From assembly GCA_000004985.1 (NCBI GenBank), contig GG738882.1: DNA of 64,000 bases; one strand, 5' to 3'. The translations under genes and the position numbers were made by a program. Below are positions 11,932-23,148 of the stretch, piece after piece (within the stretch, counting starts at the first letter, position 1; the number at the start of each line of letters is the position of its first letter). Source of the stretch: Naegleria gruberi. Its lineage: Eukaryota. The notes under the pieces were generated by a model. That model did no database searches, was not told where the DNA came from, and saw only the letters and a program-made list of their open reading frames with translations.

Positions 11932-13587
11932 TTATTTCTCTACAGAATCATAGTAGGAGGATGTGTTTAATTCAGTTTCGTTAAGGTTATCCGAAAGTAA
12001 ATTTTCTTTCAATGCTGCTGAGGCACTAGTAAGTGATTGCTTTCTAATCCTTTCAGCCTTACCGAAACATTTCATGTACATGTCCTTAATCTCCTCTCTT
12101 CTTGAATCCATAAATAGAACAGAAACATTTACAATTAAAATAAAGTAATATCTGAACGCAATTGCCATTGATCTCATCATGAATGAAAAATCCAACACAG
12201 ATGAGATTGGAATAAGAAAATGAACTGAAATGATAAATATCAAGTAGTAAACAATTGAAGAATTGAGTAAATTGACATCTGACACTTTTTTCAATAATCT
12301 AAATCCAACAATTCCAAATGTAAGGAAGAATAATCCAATGAAAAATGCCAATAATGCGTAAACAATGGCAAATGTATACTGATAATCAGTATAGAGATGG
12401 GCAATAATTACAGAAATTGCAGAGATTAGAATAAAAATTGAAATTCCTAAATGAACCCAATTAATGACAACTCCATATTTTTGGTTGACCATCTTACCAA
12501 TTAATCTCAACCAATTGAAAATCCATGAAAATAAACCGATTAGTGCAAATGAGAAACTGGAATAATCCATAATCATTCGATAATTTCCAGGGCCATATAA
12601 TTGAGCTAGATACAACTCAATGGTTAAGATTAGTTCTGAAATGAGTGCACCCAAGCAAGGGCATACTATATATAAACTTTTTCTCCTTCTAAAATCAATA
12701 AATTTTGGAATAATTACAAGAAAAATCATCAATGGAATGGAAAGTGTATGTGAAACAATTACAAAATATCGAATGATCAAGTCAATCCAATAATTATATC
12801 TATTTCCGTTACATTTGAATGAAAAGTAACCTTGGTTTCCATCGACACAATAGCAAATATAATTAAAATCGAGACCTGCTGCATTGAAGTGAAATGACTG
12901 ATTCAAAATTGGTGAAACAATTGATTTGTTTACAACGAATGGAATTCCAAATTCTACTGAACCACAATATAGAGCTGAAGTTGGAAAATTATAAACCATT
13001 ACTTGAGTATAGAAATCTCTAGGATTACAATCATATGTCTTATTACCAGGTTTACAATAGACACAATAATTCATCCAATCAAAAATTGTAGTTTCCTGAT
13101 TTGTAACTTGTTTCAAATATTCAGGTAAGTAATAAGTTTCATTGTAATCACAGAGAAAGGAAGCACAATCCCTCCCAAGAATATTCTCCCACTTTCTCAC
13201 TCTACCACAAATATCATACCACTCTGATGGTTTTGATGAGGTGTGAAACATTGAATACATGATTGAATTGTTATATTTGTGGAAATGAGCGTCGACTGAG
13301 TAATCGTTCCATAGGGTTACATTATCACAATAGAAATCATCTGGAATATCTGAGAAGATGTACTTTTGTTGTGGAAGGTATGAATTAAAGATGGAATAGA
13401 GCATGATTGGGGAGGTATTGGTACAATTGTGAAAGTGTTTCGAATAGAATCGTTTTGGTGAGTGCATGTCAATGATGGAGTTATTAAATCTTGGAGAGAA
13501 TCCAATAACTGATGAAAATTGAAAGACAAGCAGAATGGAACAAAATAAACATAAACCATAGAGAATTGATTTGTGACGTTGAGACAT
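11932..13587 (-). CDS. Seven-transmembrane receptor-like protein with a large Cys-rich N-terminal ectodomain (frizzled/smoothened-like or GPCR-like)
   Basis: The likely start is MSQRHKSILYGLCLFCSILLVFQFSSV, a signal or anchor sequence, at about 13587; the track ORF extends upstream with no stop. The ectodomain of about 300 aa has many Cys residues. Seven hydrophobic segments follow, from LIIRYFVIVSHTLSIPLMIFLVII to MAIAFRYYFILIVNVSVLFM. Confidence 0.55.
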   Translation of the reverse strand: MSQRHKSILYGLCLFCSILLVFQFSSVIGFSPRFNNSIIDMHSPKRFYSKHFHNCTNTSPIMLYSIFNSYLPQQKYIFSDIPDDFYCDNVTLWNDYSVDAHFHKYNNSIMYSMFHTSSKPSEWYDICGRVRKWENILGRDCASFLCDYNETYYLPEYLKQVTNQETTIFDWMNYCVYCKPGNKTYDCNPRDFYTQVMVYNFPTSALYCGSVEFGIPFVVNKSIVSPILNQSFHFNAAGLDFNYICYCVDGNQGYFSFKCNGNRYNYWIDLIIRYFVIVSHTLSIPLMIFLVIIPKFIDFRRRKSLYIVCPCLGALISELILTIELYLAQLYGPGNYRMIMDYSSFSFALIGLFSWIFNWLRLIGKMVNQKYGVVINWVHLGISIFILISAISVIIAHLYTDYQYTFAIVYALLAFFIGLFFLTFGIVGFRLLKKVSDVNLLNSSIVYYLIFIISVHFLIPISSVLDFSFMMRSMAIAFRYYFILIVNVSVLFMDSRREEIKDMYMKCFGKAERIRKQSLTSASAALKENLLSDNLNETELNTSSYYDSVEK

Positions 13588-13929
13588 TTTTTCACGTTTT
13601 GAAAATTCCAATATTAGAAGCTTTTGTAAACAGTTTCCAAGTTGAAGAGTTAAACGTGAACTTGGTGTTGAATTTTCTATATAATTCTTTAAAAAGTATT
13701 GAACGCATTTATTGTTAACAAATCTGATATTTCCTGAACAATAATATATAAGGTATTCCACAAACTCTTAACATTTCCACATAAAAATTGATGTAAAAAA
13801 TTGAAATCTCATGTATGATTCCCATAAATGTTAATCATTATTTAAATTTCCAGCTATTTTTATCTAATCAATTTTCTTTCAGAAATCTCAAAAATTAAAT
13901 TATTTGAAAATTTTAATTAACAAAAAAAA

Positions 13930-15453
13930 ATGTCTCTCAAATTTGATTGGAATGCCCTCACACCAGAATTAACAAAATCACTCCGAGAACAGTTGAATAG
14001 TAAAATTGAGCAAGCAATATTTAAATCACATCCAAATGGCGCGGAACAAGATGATGGATCAGCTACTGTATATTCTTCTGTAACAAGATCAAATATTAAT
14101 GGATTGGAAATTTCTCCTAATCAAGCTTTGAGTTATTTAATTGTTGAAAGCTTGGATTTGGGAGCATCGGGTCCGAATATTCAGATTAAAGATATTCAAC
14201 AGGCTCCTGATGAAAAATTGTTTTTACAAAGAGCAAAATATTACGAGAATAAGATTTATTCAAAACTTTATCCAGCTAATAACAATCAAAAGAAGCCGGA
14301 AAAGGTTTCTAATGTGGATGTATCAAAAACAATGAGAGGAAATAATGATGATAATGTTAGTGTGGCATCTATACAACAATCCACTATAAGTTCATTGCTT
14401 GTACCATCTCCGATGTTTATGGCTAGTATGCAACACAGAAAGAGATTAGGATTAAGTTCTACGACAACATCCTTCTCACCTTTGGCTCAAAATAGTTTAT
14501 TGATGGCCTCAGGTAATCCATATTATCCAATGTCTGTGGGTGGAGCTATGAGTGATGTTTATTCAGTAACAACTGGAATTGAACATGTTGGAGGAAAACC
14601 AATCACTTCAAGTAACTTGAATAGTTTAAGAAAGGCTCCTCTTAAAACTCATCTCTGCTCTATCGGAACTATTTACAAAGTTGCTCCAAAATCTGATCTA
14701 AGACAAAAGAAGGAACAATTAGTGCAAACCAAACGTAGATCAGCATGGTGGAAGGACAGAGTTACAAATATGGAAAATAGAAGAGAGGTCAATAACTTTA
14801 TTCCTCCTGTACAAATATTGAATAATGGATCGGATAAACTTGCATTAAATCCTGTAGATCTAAAGGATGCAAATTTGATGAAGGAAAAATTATTTGATCT
14901 TGGATTTTTATTAAGTGGTAAGAGAAATGGTAAGGGTGGTGTTAAAGTGTCGTGTCACCTTTCATACAGTGGAAATGCATCGATAAAGATTGCCTCTGAG
15001 ATAAGAATTAACCTACCAATACCTGGTTTCATTACCATTCCTATTGAAATTGAGCTTACTAGATTTATTTTTGATGGCGATCTTACAGTCATCTTTTATC
15101 ACAATGGTTCATCAAAGGAAAATAAGGTGTTAGTATACTTTGAAAATCCTGTTCTTCCATCATTTGATGTGGATGAAGCTAAAGTTCCTACCCAATTCAA
15201 TGATCAAAAGTTGATGGCCAATTATATTATCAAATCCACAGGTGAATATTCACCATTGAAAGAATTCAATATTACAGTGAAAGTGGGTGCGTCTCTATCT
15301 AGGGAATCACTTCCAAGTGAAGGTGAAGACAAAATTCTTGAAGATAAGACAGAAATTAGTAATTTTGTTAAGGAACTAGTTCATAAGGTTGTCAAGGATT
15401 TATTGATTTATCCAAATGTTTTTACTCAAGAAATTGAAATTCCTGAAGAGTAA
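13930..15453 (+). CDS. ERMES complex SMP-domain subunit (Mdm12/Mdm34-like)
   Basis: The N-terminus MSLKFDWNALTPELTKSLREQLNSKIEQ resembles the MSFDINWSTL...HLNS start of fungal Mdm12/Mdm34. The start codon sits directly after an A9 run. Assignment to family member is tentative. Confidence 0.45.
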   Translation: MSLKFDWNALTPELTKSLREQLNSKIEQAIFKSHPNGAEQDDGSATVYSSVTRSNINGLEISPNQALSYLIVESLDLGASGPNIQIKDIQQAPDEKLFLQRAKYYENKIYSKLYPANNNQKKPEKVSNVDVSKTMRGNNDDNVSVASIQQSTISSLLVPSPMFMASMQHRKRLGLSSTTTSFSPLAQNSLLMASGNPYYPMSVGGAMSDVYSVTTGIEHVGGKPITSSNLNSLRKAPLKTHLCSIGTIYKVAPKSDLRQKKEQLVQTKRRSAWWKDRVTNMENRREVNNFIPPVQILNNGSDKLALNPVDLKDANLMKEKLFDLGFLLSGKRNGKGGVKVSCHLSYSGNASIKIASEIRINLPIPGFITIPIEIELTRFIFDGDLTVIFYHNGSSKENKVLVYFENPVLPSFDVDEAKVPTQFNDQKLMANYIIKSTGEYSPLKEFNITVKVGASLSRESLPSEGEDKILEDKTEISNFVKELVHKVVKDLLIYPNVFTQEIEIPEE

Positions 15454-15467
15454 AATCTTAAAATGAT

Positions 15468-17002
15468 TTATTCAGTCTTTTGCTTATCTTTTGGTTCGGC
15501 AGTGAAAGTCAAAACAATGACAAAAACGACGAAAGCACCCATCATGACGAAAACTGAAGTATAATATGGGTAAGCAGCTGGAACGAAACGTTCAAATTCG
15601 TTAATGTGCATTGGTCTAACAGTAACTTGATCAGCAAAGATCAATTGGTTGAAACCATGTCTTCTATGATCAACAACAAACTTGAATACACCATAAGTAT
15701 CAGGAGCCTTAAGAGTAGCGCTGTACTTTTGAGCCTTTTCGTCAAACTTCAAGAAAACTCTTTGATATGGGTGGAGCATGATGAAATCAAGTTGAATATC
15801 ATCAGTAACATATGGAACCCAATCTCTACCATTCCATTCTTCAATGGAAACAGTATAAGTCAATTCTTGACCAACTCTGTAAGCAGTTGGTTGAGTCTTA
15901 GTTACGTCATCAGCCAAATAGTGATGAACCTTAGTATGTCTCAACAAGCCTCTGCTTTGGAAAGCCCATCTAATAAGTTCAATAGAGAAGAGAGCATTAC
16001 CAGAAGCAGCAAAAGTCTTGGCATTACCATCCAAACTGAATTGAGTGATGGAAGCATCAAAGAATTGATTTGAGAGCAAATCCATAGAACCACAGATAGT
16101 CAATCTAGCACCATTACGAGCTTGATTAGCACCAATGAGAACAGTTTCTCTTCCCTTAACCAAAGGTTCAGTTTGGACTCTTTCATCGGAAGTAGAGTAA
16201 GAATAAGAGGTAGAAGCACCAGACAAGATTGGAACCAATAACTTGTTTTGTGGCTTAAGGAGCATACCCAAACCTCTGAACAAAACTGGTTGTGTGGAGA
16301 ACTTGGAGAGAGCACTTCCCAAAATGTTTGTCTTCTTACAAGCAAATTGCTTTTCATCCTTGATAACAATGGTGGTGTGCTTGTCAGAATCAAGTTTAAC
16401 ATCATAGTTAAAGTGATCAATAACATTGGTACCATCATCATCCAATTCAATACCACTTTCAATGGCAACCTTTCTGAGGTTTTGAGTCAAACCATCTTCG
16501 CTTGCAACAATGAAAACATTGTGTCCTCTATCAATAAATTCCAAAATCTTTCTTGGGTCATCCAAATCACCACCAAGTCCTTTAATATTGTTCAATAATA
16601 AAATATAGAATAGTATTTAAATCATAGTGTAATGATAATACAATATTAATATTCACATAAAGATGAAGAATATTTTGATAAATCGGATGATGATGAACAA
16701 TAATACTTACTCTTAGCCTTTGGAGCCATGATGAGCAAATGATCATAAACATTTTCGCCATACTTTATCAAGGAGATGGAGTCAAAAGCCAACTTGATTT
16801 CAACAGAGAAACCAGCCTTCTTCAATTCATCGAACAATCTGGAGTGGGTAGTCTTAATTTGTGTACTTTCAACAACAACCAATACTCTATTTCTATAGTT
16901 AATTGGCTTGTTATTTTCCAATTCAACTTCATCAGCCAAAGTTGAGGATACAGCAAAAATGGTCATTAAACAGACCAACAATAAAAGGCTGGAAATTTTC
17001 AT
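15468..17002 (-). CDS. DDOST: Dolichyl-diphosphooligosaccharide-protein glycosyltransferase 48 kDa subunit (OST48/WBP1), 2 exons
   Basis: Exons are 16711..17002, with signal peptide MKISSLLLLVCLMTIFAVSS, and 15468..16579. The intron of about 131 nt runs AAGA|gtaagt...attaaag. SLIKYGENVYDHLLIMAPKAK and LGGDLDDPRKILEFIDRGHNVFIVASEDG...VIDHFNYDV align with human DDOST, including an identical SLIKYGE. A C-terminal TM segment is followed by a KxKxx tail (KQKTE). Confidence 0.75.
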
Positions 17003-17127
17003 TTTTTTTTTAATCTGAGAAAAATTTTAAATTATTGTGAATTGATTATGTGTTGGTAGAGTCAGGAAAATTGATCTCCTCACTCTATCACTCAAAGTTG
17101 TTGTAAATAATTATTGAATTCACAAAT

Positions 17128-18465
17128 TTATGGATCATTGTTGGGAGATTTGATTTTCAAAACTTTGGTTGCATAGGCATGCACTTGGACTCGAGTTCTT
17201 GATTTTACATAAACCTCACTAAGTTCTTTCCAATTGGTTCCACATTGTTGTAAACCTTGGAGTAATCTTTCGTGTTCTTCACTTGTCCAAGGTCCATCAT
17301 TGACAAAATTCTTTATCCTTTTAGTTTTGGAATAATTAAAATTGGAAGATTCATCAAAAGTTGAGGGTATTTTGGAAAGATCTAATACTATTGGATCTGA
17401 AAATGGAGGTGCTGAGCTAGATAAATTGGAAAGATCATTGGATGAGGATGGGTTTGATGATTTGAGAGGTCTTAAATACGAAGAAGGATTACTCGGCTCT
17501 AAATATTGACCAGAACTACTAACCAGTTCTATACTATTATTGGCCGAGGATGAACTTGCTAAGGTTGGATTGGATTTCTGTAATAAATTAAGAGGAGTGA
17601 GGGAGTAATTTTGGGTTATGAGAGGAGAATTGATACCTGGTTGCTCGTTAACATGTTGACTCTTATTATTCTTGAAATTATCTCCAAGTGGAATGAGAGT
17701 GGATGGAGGATGAGTGGCTGATTCTTGGTGAAAATAGGGATTTGTTTTGGAGTCTCCTCTATTTGAACTTCTAAATGACACAGAATCAGTCGAGATGGTT
17801 CGTAGAGAGATGGAAGGATTTGGAGATGGGTCAATATTGGGTGATTCTAAACTACTCAATGAGGTTGAAGAGGATCTTGAAATGCCAGTTCCATAATTTG
17901 CCACTCTCGTTGAAGGTGCTGATGACATTTCTGAAGAAGAAAGTGAAGAGGGTGAGGATGAAGAGCCAACTACATGTCTCTTTCTCAGTATTGTGAAAAT
18001 ATTGCTGTCAAAATGTGGTTCCACCTGAACAGAGGGTTCTAACAGAGTGGTTGAGGTAAATTGTGGTCGAGGAATGTTTCGAATGTTATCATTATTTTGC
18101 ATTCTCACATCATACAGAGTATTGTTATTTGAAAAATTAACAGATTGCATGTTTTGATTGTTATGAATTGTTCTAGCATATTGATTCTCGTAATTATTAT
18201 GAATTGGTGTGGAATGAGTTGAAGGGTAATGATCATTGTTTGGATTTCTTGCATAGGGATGATAACGATATTCAGTGGTCGATTTTGAATGATTAGATCC
18301 AAAGGTTGTGCTACTATTATTCGTTAATGGAACCAAATAATCATTTGGGTTCATCGTTGCATGTTGTTGTTCTTGTTGTTGATTGTCTTCCACTTGCTGC
18401 AAACTATTCTGAAGCCTGGGAGAGGGTTTGTTATTTGCAGATTCATTGTTTGTTGTTGCTCTCAT
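17128..18465 (-). CDS. Myb/SANT (SHAQKYF-class) DNA-binding protein, S/N-rich
   Basis: The C-terminal WTSEEHERLLQGLQQCGTNWKELSEVYVKSRTRVQVHAYATKVL matches the single-repeat SHAQKYF-type Myb domain. Confidence 0.6.
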   Translation of the reverse strand: MRATTNNESANNKPSPRLQNSLQQVEDNQQQEQQHATMNPNDYLVPLTNNSSTTFGSNHSKSTTEYRYHPYARNPNNDHYPSTHSTPIHNNYENQYARTIHNNQNMQSVNFSNNNTLYDVRMQNNDNIRNIPRPQFTSTTLLEPSVQVEPHFDSNIFTILRKRHVVGSSSSPSSLSSSEMSSAPSTRVANYGTGISRSSSTSLSSLESPNIDPSPNPSISLRTISTDSVSFRSSNRGDSKTNPYFHQESATHPPSTLIPLGDNFKNNKSQHVNEQPGINSPLITQNYSLTPLNLLQKSNPTLASSSSANNSIELVSSSGQYLEPSNPSSYLRPLKSSNPSSSNDLSNLSSSAPPFSDPIVLDLSKIPSTFDESSNFNYSKTKRIKNFVNDGPWTSEEHERLLQGLQQCGTNWKELSEVYVKSRTRVQVHAYATKVLKIKSPNNDP

Positions 18466-19079
18466 ATTGAATGATAAAAACCAAGAGACAAGTTATTCTT
18501 TTGAAGCTGACAATTTTCAGATTTGCTCTTATTGCTGTTATTCTGTTGTGATAGAACAGTATTTGAAACAGCCTCTTTACACAGCGTGCTTTCTCTCTTT
18601 TTTTGTATCTCAAAAATTGTATTAATTTGTATTGTCCAATCTTGAACCACTTTGCATTAAAATTGTTCTTTAATTTTCTCTCTGATTAGAAAACTCTGGC
18701 CAACACTATTTCCGAAAAGATGATGTTTTGAAGAGAAAAATGTTTTCTTGGTGATATTTGGTTGTTGAAGAGTGTTTTTTGAGCTGTGTTAGTAGTTAAC
18801 AAGTTGGCAACAAGAATATCAAGAATAGTACTTGAATGATAACGAATAATTGTTGAAGAAGGGAACAGGCGGCTAGAAAACAGAGAAAAAGTAATTGCTC
18901 GAATTTCTTGTTATGCAGTTTCTTTTTGGGTTGCAAATAGGGTGATGTGAGCAAATTTCGAAATATTCAACTGCCAATGTAAGGTGAGATTTAATCAAGA
19001 AAAGTAGCAAGATGTCCAAATACGGCATTATTGAGAGCCTATTATGAATATGAATTTTATAATTTATTAATTGATATAA

Positions 19080-19152
19080 GTACCCTTGGCTCAATTGGAA
19101 GAGCATCGGCCTACGGAGCCGGGGGTTGTGGGTTCGAGTCCCACAGGGTATA
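19080..19152 (+). tRNA. tRNA-Arg (anticodon ACG)
   Basis: The sequence gtaccct tg gctc aattggaa gagc a tcggc ctACGga gccgg gggtt gtggg ttcgagt cccac agggtat a folds as a cloverleaf. The acceptor stem has 7 bp with one G-U, the D-arm and anticodon stem pair correctly, and the T-loop is the GGTTCGAGTCC B-box. The discriminator is A. Confidence 0.85.
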
Positions 19153-19198
19153 ACTTTTTACATAAGTAATCAAGTGGTTTATTTGCGATTTGAGAAGC

Positions 19199-19402
19199 TC
19201 ATAAATATTCCTCCGTGACAATATTTTCAATATATGTTGTAGTGTAGACTGCATCTGGATTTGTGCTTTCATCAATATTTACAGTTTCTTGTGGTTTGTT
19301 TGCTGGTGGCTTTTTGACAGAAATGACTGTAGCTGTTTTGGATTCGAATATTTCTGGCGCAGTAGCGTCTACTTTCTGAGTTGAGGAGCAACTACTTCCC
19401 AT
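19199..19402 (-). CDS. Small hypothetical protein (67 aa) with an N-terminal MGxxCS dual-acylation-like motif
   Basis: The ORF begins MGSSCSSTQK, with Gly2 and Cys5 suggesting myristoylation and palmitoylation. It has no recognised homolog and could be spurious. Confidence 0.25.
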   Translation of the reverse strand: MGSSCSSTQKVDATAPEIFESKTATVISVKKPPANKPQETVNIDESTNPDAVYTTTYIENIVTEEYL

Positions 19403-19643
19403 TTTCTTTTAAATTTGTTATTTTCATTGAACATCATCATCAATAATTGTCTTTAATATCTCTCAAGCAAGATTGTCATCTTCATCCTTAAGGACATATC
19501 ATTCGTTCTTCAAGATTAATATCAATCAGGGTATATTACTACTATTGATGGCTATTTCTGCTGAATTAAAATTTATTGTATATCAGTTTATTTAAGGTTG
19601 TAAATTTTCAAGCTGAGTAAATTTGCTTTGTTCAACATTCATT

Positions 19644-20322
19644 CTAACAACCACATGATTTCCTCTCTCTAATTGAATTATCAACAACCACTTTAGAATT
19701 AAATTTAATGGTTGAATTGTCAAAACTCTCAGATTGAAGTCCTTGCATGACATAGGCCTCTCGTACCGCCTGGAAAAAAGCTTGCTCAATATTATGTTTG
19801 GAATAGGCACACGTCTCAAAGAAGAGTATATTATTATTCTTTGCATATTCTTCTCCCTCCGAGGTGCTTACTTTTCGATGTTGTTCCGAATCAAGCTTAT
19901 TTCCCAACAGGACGACAATTATCTGAGAGGGTGAAACTGATTCATAGAGATACCTTAGCCACCTGTCACAGGATTCAAACGATTCTCTACTGGTTATATC
20001 ATATACAATGTACGCAATTTTCGATTTCAAATAATAACTCCTCACTAGGGCACTAAATTTTTCCTGACCAGCTATTTTCCAATATATTGACAACAATTTA
20101 ATCCACAATGAATCTATCTACTATTGAGAATTCCTTACCTGTATCATATATTGAAACTTTAATTGTATTCCCATCCATGTTCACTTGACGATTAAAAAAT
20201 TCAACTCCAATTGTCGGAGCACTCTTAGTCTTTAATTCGTCTCCAACCATACTCCGAGCTATACAACTCTTTCCCACTCCACTATTTCCAATTACTATGG
20301 CTTTTATCATCATCACCAACAT
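19644..20322 (-). CDS. Rab-family small GTPase, 2 exons
   Basis: Exons are about 20139..20322 and 19644..20071. The 61-nt intron ACAG|gtaagg...aaaatag|CT splits switch II, so the spliced product reads IYDTAGQEKFSALVRSYY. Other motifs are GNSGVGKS (P-loop), TIGVEF, GNKLD and ETCA. The C-terminus is CGC, a Rab geranylgeranylation motif. Confidence 0.8.
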
Positions 20323-20558
20323 TAAATCATTACTACTTGAATAAAAATCAAATTATTATTACCTTTGATGTATTGTTCATGGAGAGGCATTTTATTGAGG
20401 ATGGCTATTGAGGTTTTGTAAAAGAATTAAATATTTCTTAGATTTGCGTTGTATCAATTTTCGATAAAGCTCTCTTTGAACAAACTAGTGAATATTAGGT
20501 TGAAAATAGAGGTTGAAGTTTCAAAACTCGAGTTTACTAGAAGTTCAATCAAAAAAAA

Positions 20559-21523
20559 ATGAATCGATTGGTGGGCAAACTGTTTTCATCCAATTATTGT
20601 AAATATTCTCCATCGTCATCGGATTATGTAAATAACAAATGTGTAAATACGTTGGTGATCAATAGATGTAGTCGCAATACTAATAATTCTTCATTTTCTA
20701 TTGATTTGATAGGGAGAGCTTCCGATCCAAAGCAGAGTTTCAGTTTATTATCCTTTGTAAAGCAACAGGAATTGAAGAGGAGAAAGTCTGAAGAGGATAA
20801 AGCTGATTTGATTTTTAAAAGGCAAATTAAATTGATGAAAAAAGCAATTCAGGAGGAGAATGAACGTAAAGAATGTATTACACAAAATATGGATGTTAAG
20901 ATGAGTATGATTGAAAAGAGAAGGGAATGGAATGATTTGACAGCTATTTATTTTCAAAATTTTGTTCTTGGTTTGTTGAATGAAATGATGGAAGATGTAA
21001 GGTAAAGAAACAGGCTGTTGGTTCCATTTCATTACAGGCTGAGCCCTCAATGCCTCTTACAGCCGAGGAAAAGAGCTCAATACGAGAAAAATTCAGATAC
21101 AAAGTCGATACAACCTCGGTTCAGTTTTATGACAAGATTATCAAGACAGATACTGTCAGACCTGATTTAAAAATTGAAATTGATGGAAGGAAATTCATAT
21201 TTGATTCAAAGCACTATAATTCTAAGAGTGTGAGAAAATCGCCTCTTATTGGGAAAGTAATTATGGGAAGTGATGAATCCAAAGTGAAAAAGAATGAAGT
21301 AAGCATTTACGAGGTTGTAAAATTGTACAGAGATATTCATGCATTTCGAGCTGAAGGTGGTGGTTTAGTTTTATCGCCAACAACTATATTGAGCTACTCT
21401 GCCAAACTTTTAATGGAAGAATTGAATCTTATCACCATCAAAATGACCAATAGGAGATCGAGTCCAAATACTATCAAGAATGAAATTAGGGAATTTATCA
21501 CAACAGACCACTCTACAAAGTAG
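20559..21523 (+). CDS. Hypothetical protein, putative 2 exons
   Basis: ORFs 20559..21005 and 21050..21523 can be joined by a 41-nt intron GAT|gtaagg...attacag|GCT, in phase 0 on both sides (20559..20996 and 21038..21523). The start codon follows an A9 run. No recognised domain was found. Confidence 0.3.
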
Positions 21524-21657
21524 TTTCTGAACATAATTCTTTAGGAATTTATTATCAATCTACATTTTGTTTTTTGAAAGATTAGAGTATTTATTCAAGT
21601 AGGGTATAGCCTTGTAGGAAAACTTGTTTGACAATACGAATCTGTTACTACTATAAA

Positions 21658-22107
21658 CTAATAAGAAAAATTTTGCACATAAATAATGCCACCAGCCAAT
21701 AAAATTCCAAAAAGATAATTCATCATAGCTCCCAATCTTCTGAATGGCGAAACTTGATTCAATGAATTTTTCGACATTAATCCACAAGTAATTGAAATTC
21801 TTCCCAACACATATCCAATCATTCCAAATCTCAACCAATGCAAAACATTGATATCTACACTTCCCTGTGGTGCATACATTGCCTTTGATTCAATAAATAA
21901 CATCAATGCAATAATAGTTGGAGTATATTCAGCATGATTGGCATGTGCCCGAACGGCCTTAGTCAAAGCACTGTTTGGATCATTTTCATCACATCCTATT
22001 GATTTTCTGGACGACATTCTACGAGAACTCACAACAGATCCTAATACAAAATTTGCACCTGCAAGGAGAGCTGAAGCATAAATTCCGACTGGTTTATCTT
22101 GAATCAT
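21658..22107 (-). CDS. MAPEG-family microsomal glutathione S-transferase (MGST1-like)
   Basis: VRAHANHAEYTPTIIALMLF matches the MGST1 RAHLNDLENIIPF region. The protein is about 150 aa with 3-4 TM segments. The first ATG is at 22107; the track M at 22149 is a GTG. Confidence 0.6.
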   Translation of the reverse strand: MIQDKPVGIYASALLAGANFVLGSVVSSRRMSSRKSIGCDENDPNSALTKAVRAHANHAEYTPTIIALMLFIESKAMYAPQGSVDINVLHWLRFGMIGYVLGRISITCGLMSKNSLNQVSPFRRLGAMMNYLFGILLAGGIIYVQNFSY

Positions 22108-22498
22108 TTTTTTTGGTTTGGTTTTTATGTTTGCAATTTTTGTAAACACTTGCCGAAATTGGAAGATAGGAAATTAAGGTGGTGCAGGTTTTTTGTCCAA
22201 TAAGTGCGTTGAGTTTCGTTTAAGGTTCTCGAATAAAGTTGATCCGAAAACCTCAATTGAGTGGAATAATATTTAAATATGAAATTGAAAAGATCTATTT
22301 AATTGTTGATTGATTTTCTATTGAAAACGCCACTAATTATTTATGAGGTAACTTAACAAATATATCCAATTCCATATTGGGAAAGACAATAGAGATGGAA
22401 TTGATCTCGATTTAACACTCACTTTAATGCAAATACAACCTAAAATTCCATAACAAAAAAACGAAATAATCCAAACAACATAATAACAACTCAAACTA

Positions 22499-22870
22499 AT
22501 GGTCACACCACTTTCTTCCATCAACCAAACTCAATTTCTGAACTCTTTCAAATTTGAAGCTACCATGCAAGGAACCAACAAGAATTTCATCATTTATAAG
22601 GGATTTCTCGATAATGGAGTATTGCAAATGCAAGGTGTGAATAATAATCACTTTATCATAGCAACATTGAGTGAGAAGGATAGAGATATATCACCACTCA
22701 TGGTTTTTAAATATCATGGAGGGAATAATCAAGTGAGTTTGGATAGAGAGAAGCAAACTTTGTCAATTACTGATCATGGATTGAATCAGGAGCTGTATGG
22801 AACTTATAGAATTGAATCGAGTGGTGGAATTGACCAGAAAGGAAATCGATTTGAAGATAATTTTGATTAG
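22499..22870 (+). CDS. Hypothetical protein (123 aa)
   Basis: An ATG-initiated ORF with no recognised domain. Confidence 0.25.
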   Translation: MVTPLSSINQTQFLNSFKFEATMQGTNKNFIIYKGFLDNGVLQMQGVNNNHFIIATLSEKDRDISPLMVFKYHGGNNQVSLDREKQTLSITDHGLNQELYGTYRIESSGGIDQKGNRFEDNFD

Positions 22871-23148
22871 TTTTTTTCAAACACATAATTCTTATTAATT
22901 CCTTACAAGTTCAATGAAACGACAAATAAATTTATTGTAAAGATTGTAAAGCAACACGAACATTGCGTAACACATTTTCAACCTCAAATTCAAATGTGAA
23001 TCTATTTTTAAATCAACTCTGAAATTGAAATAAAAAGCAAAGATGAGAAAAATATTCAAATTCCAACAAAAAAAAACAAAGAACATTTTCCGAGTTGATC
23101 ATCAAATCTAAGAAATTTTACTTAACAGCGATTATACATTAGAACATC

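Noticed and set aside
18470-19079. Region upstream of the tRNA gene as a possible tRNA-targeted retroelement remnant
   Set aside because: It contains no extended ORFs and no RT, integrase or gag-like motifs, and no terminal repeats were visible by eye. It is treated as ordinary intergenic or UTR sequence.
20997-21037. Alternative model in which ORFs 20559..21005 and 21050..21523 are two separate genes
   Set aside because: Not rejected outright. A 41-nt phase-0 intron joins them cleanly, and the second ORF would otherwise start only 45 bp after the first stop. The single-gene model is therefore preferred, but confidence is low because neither part has a recognisable domain.
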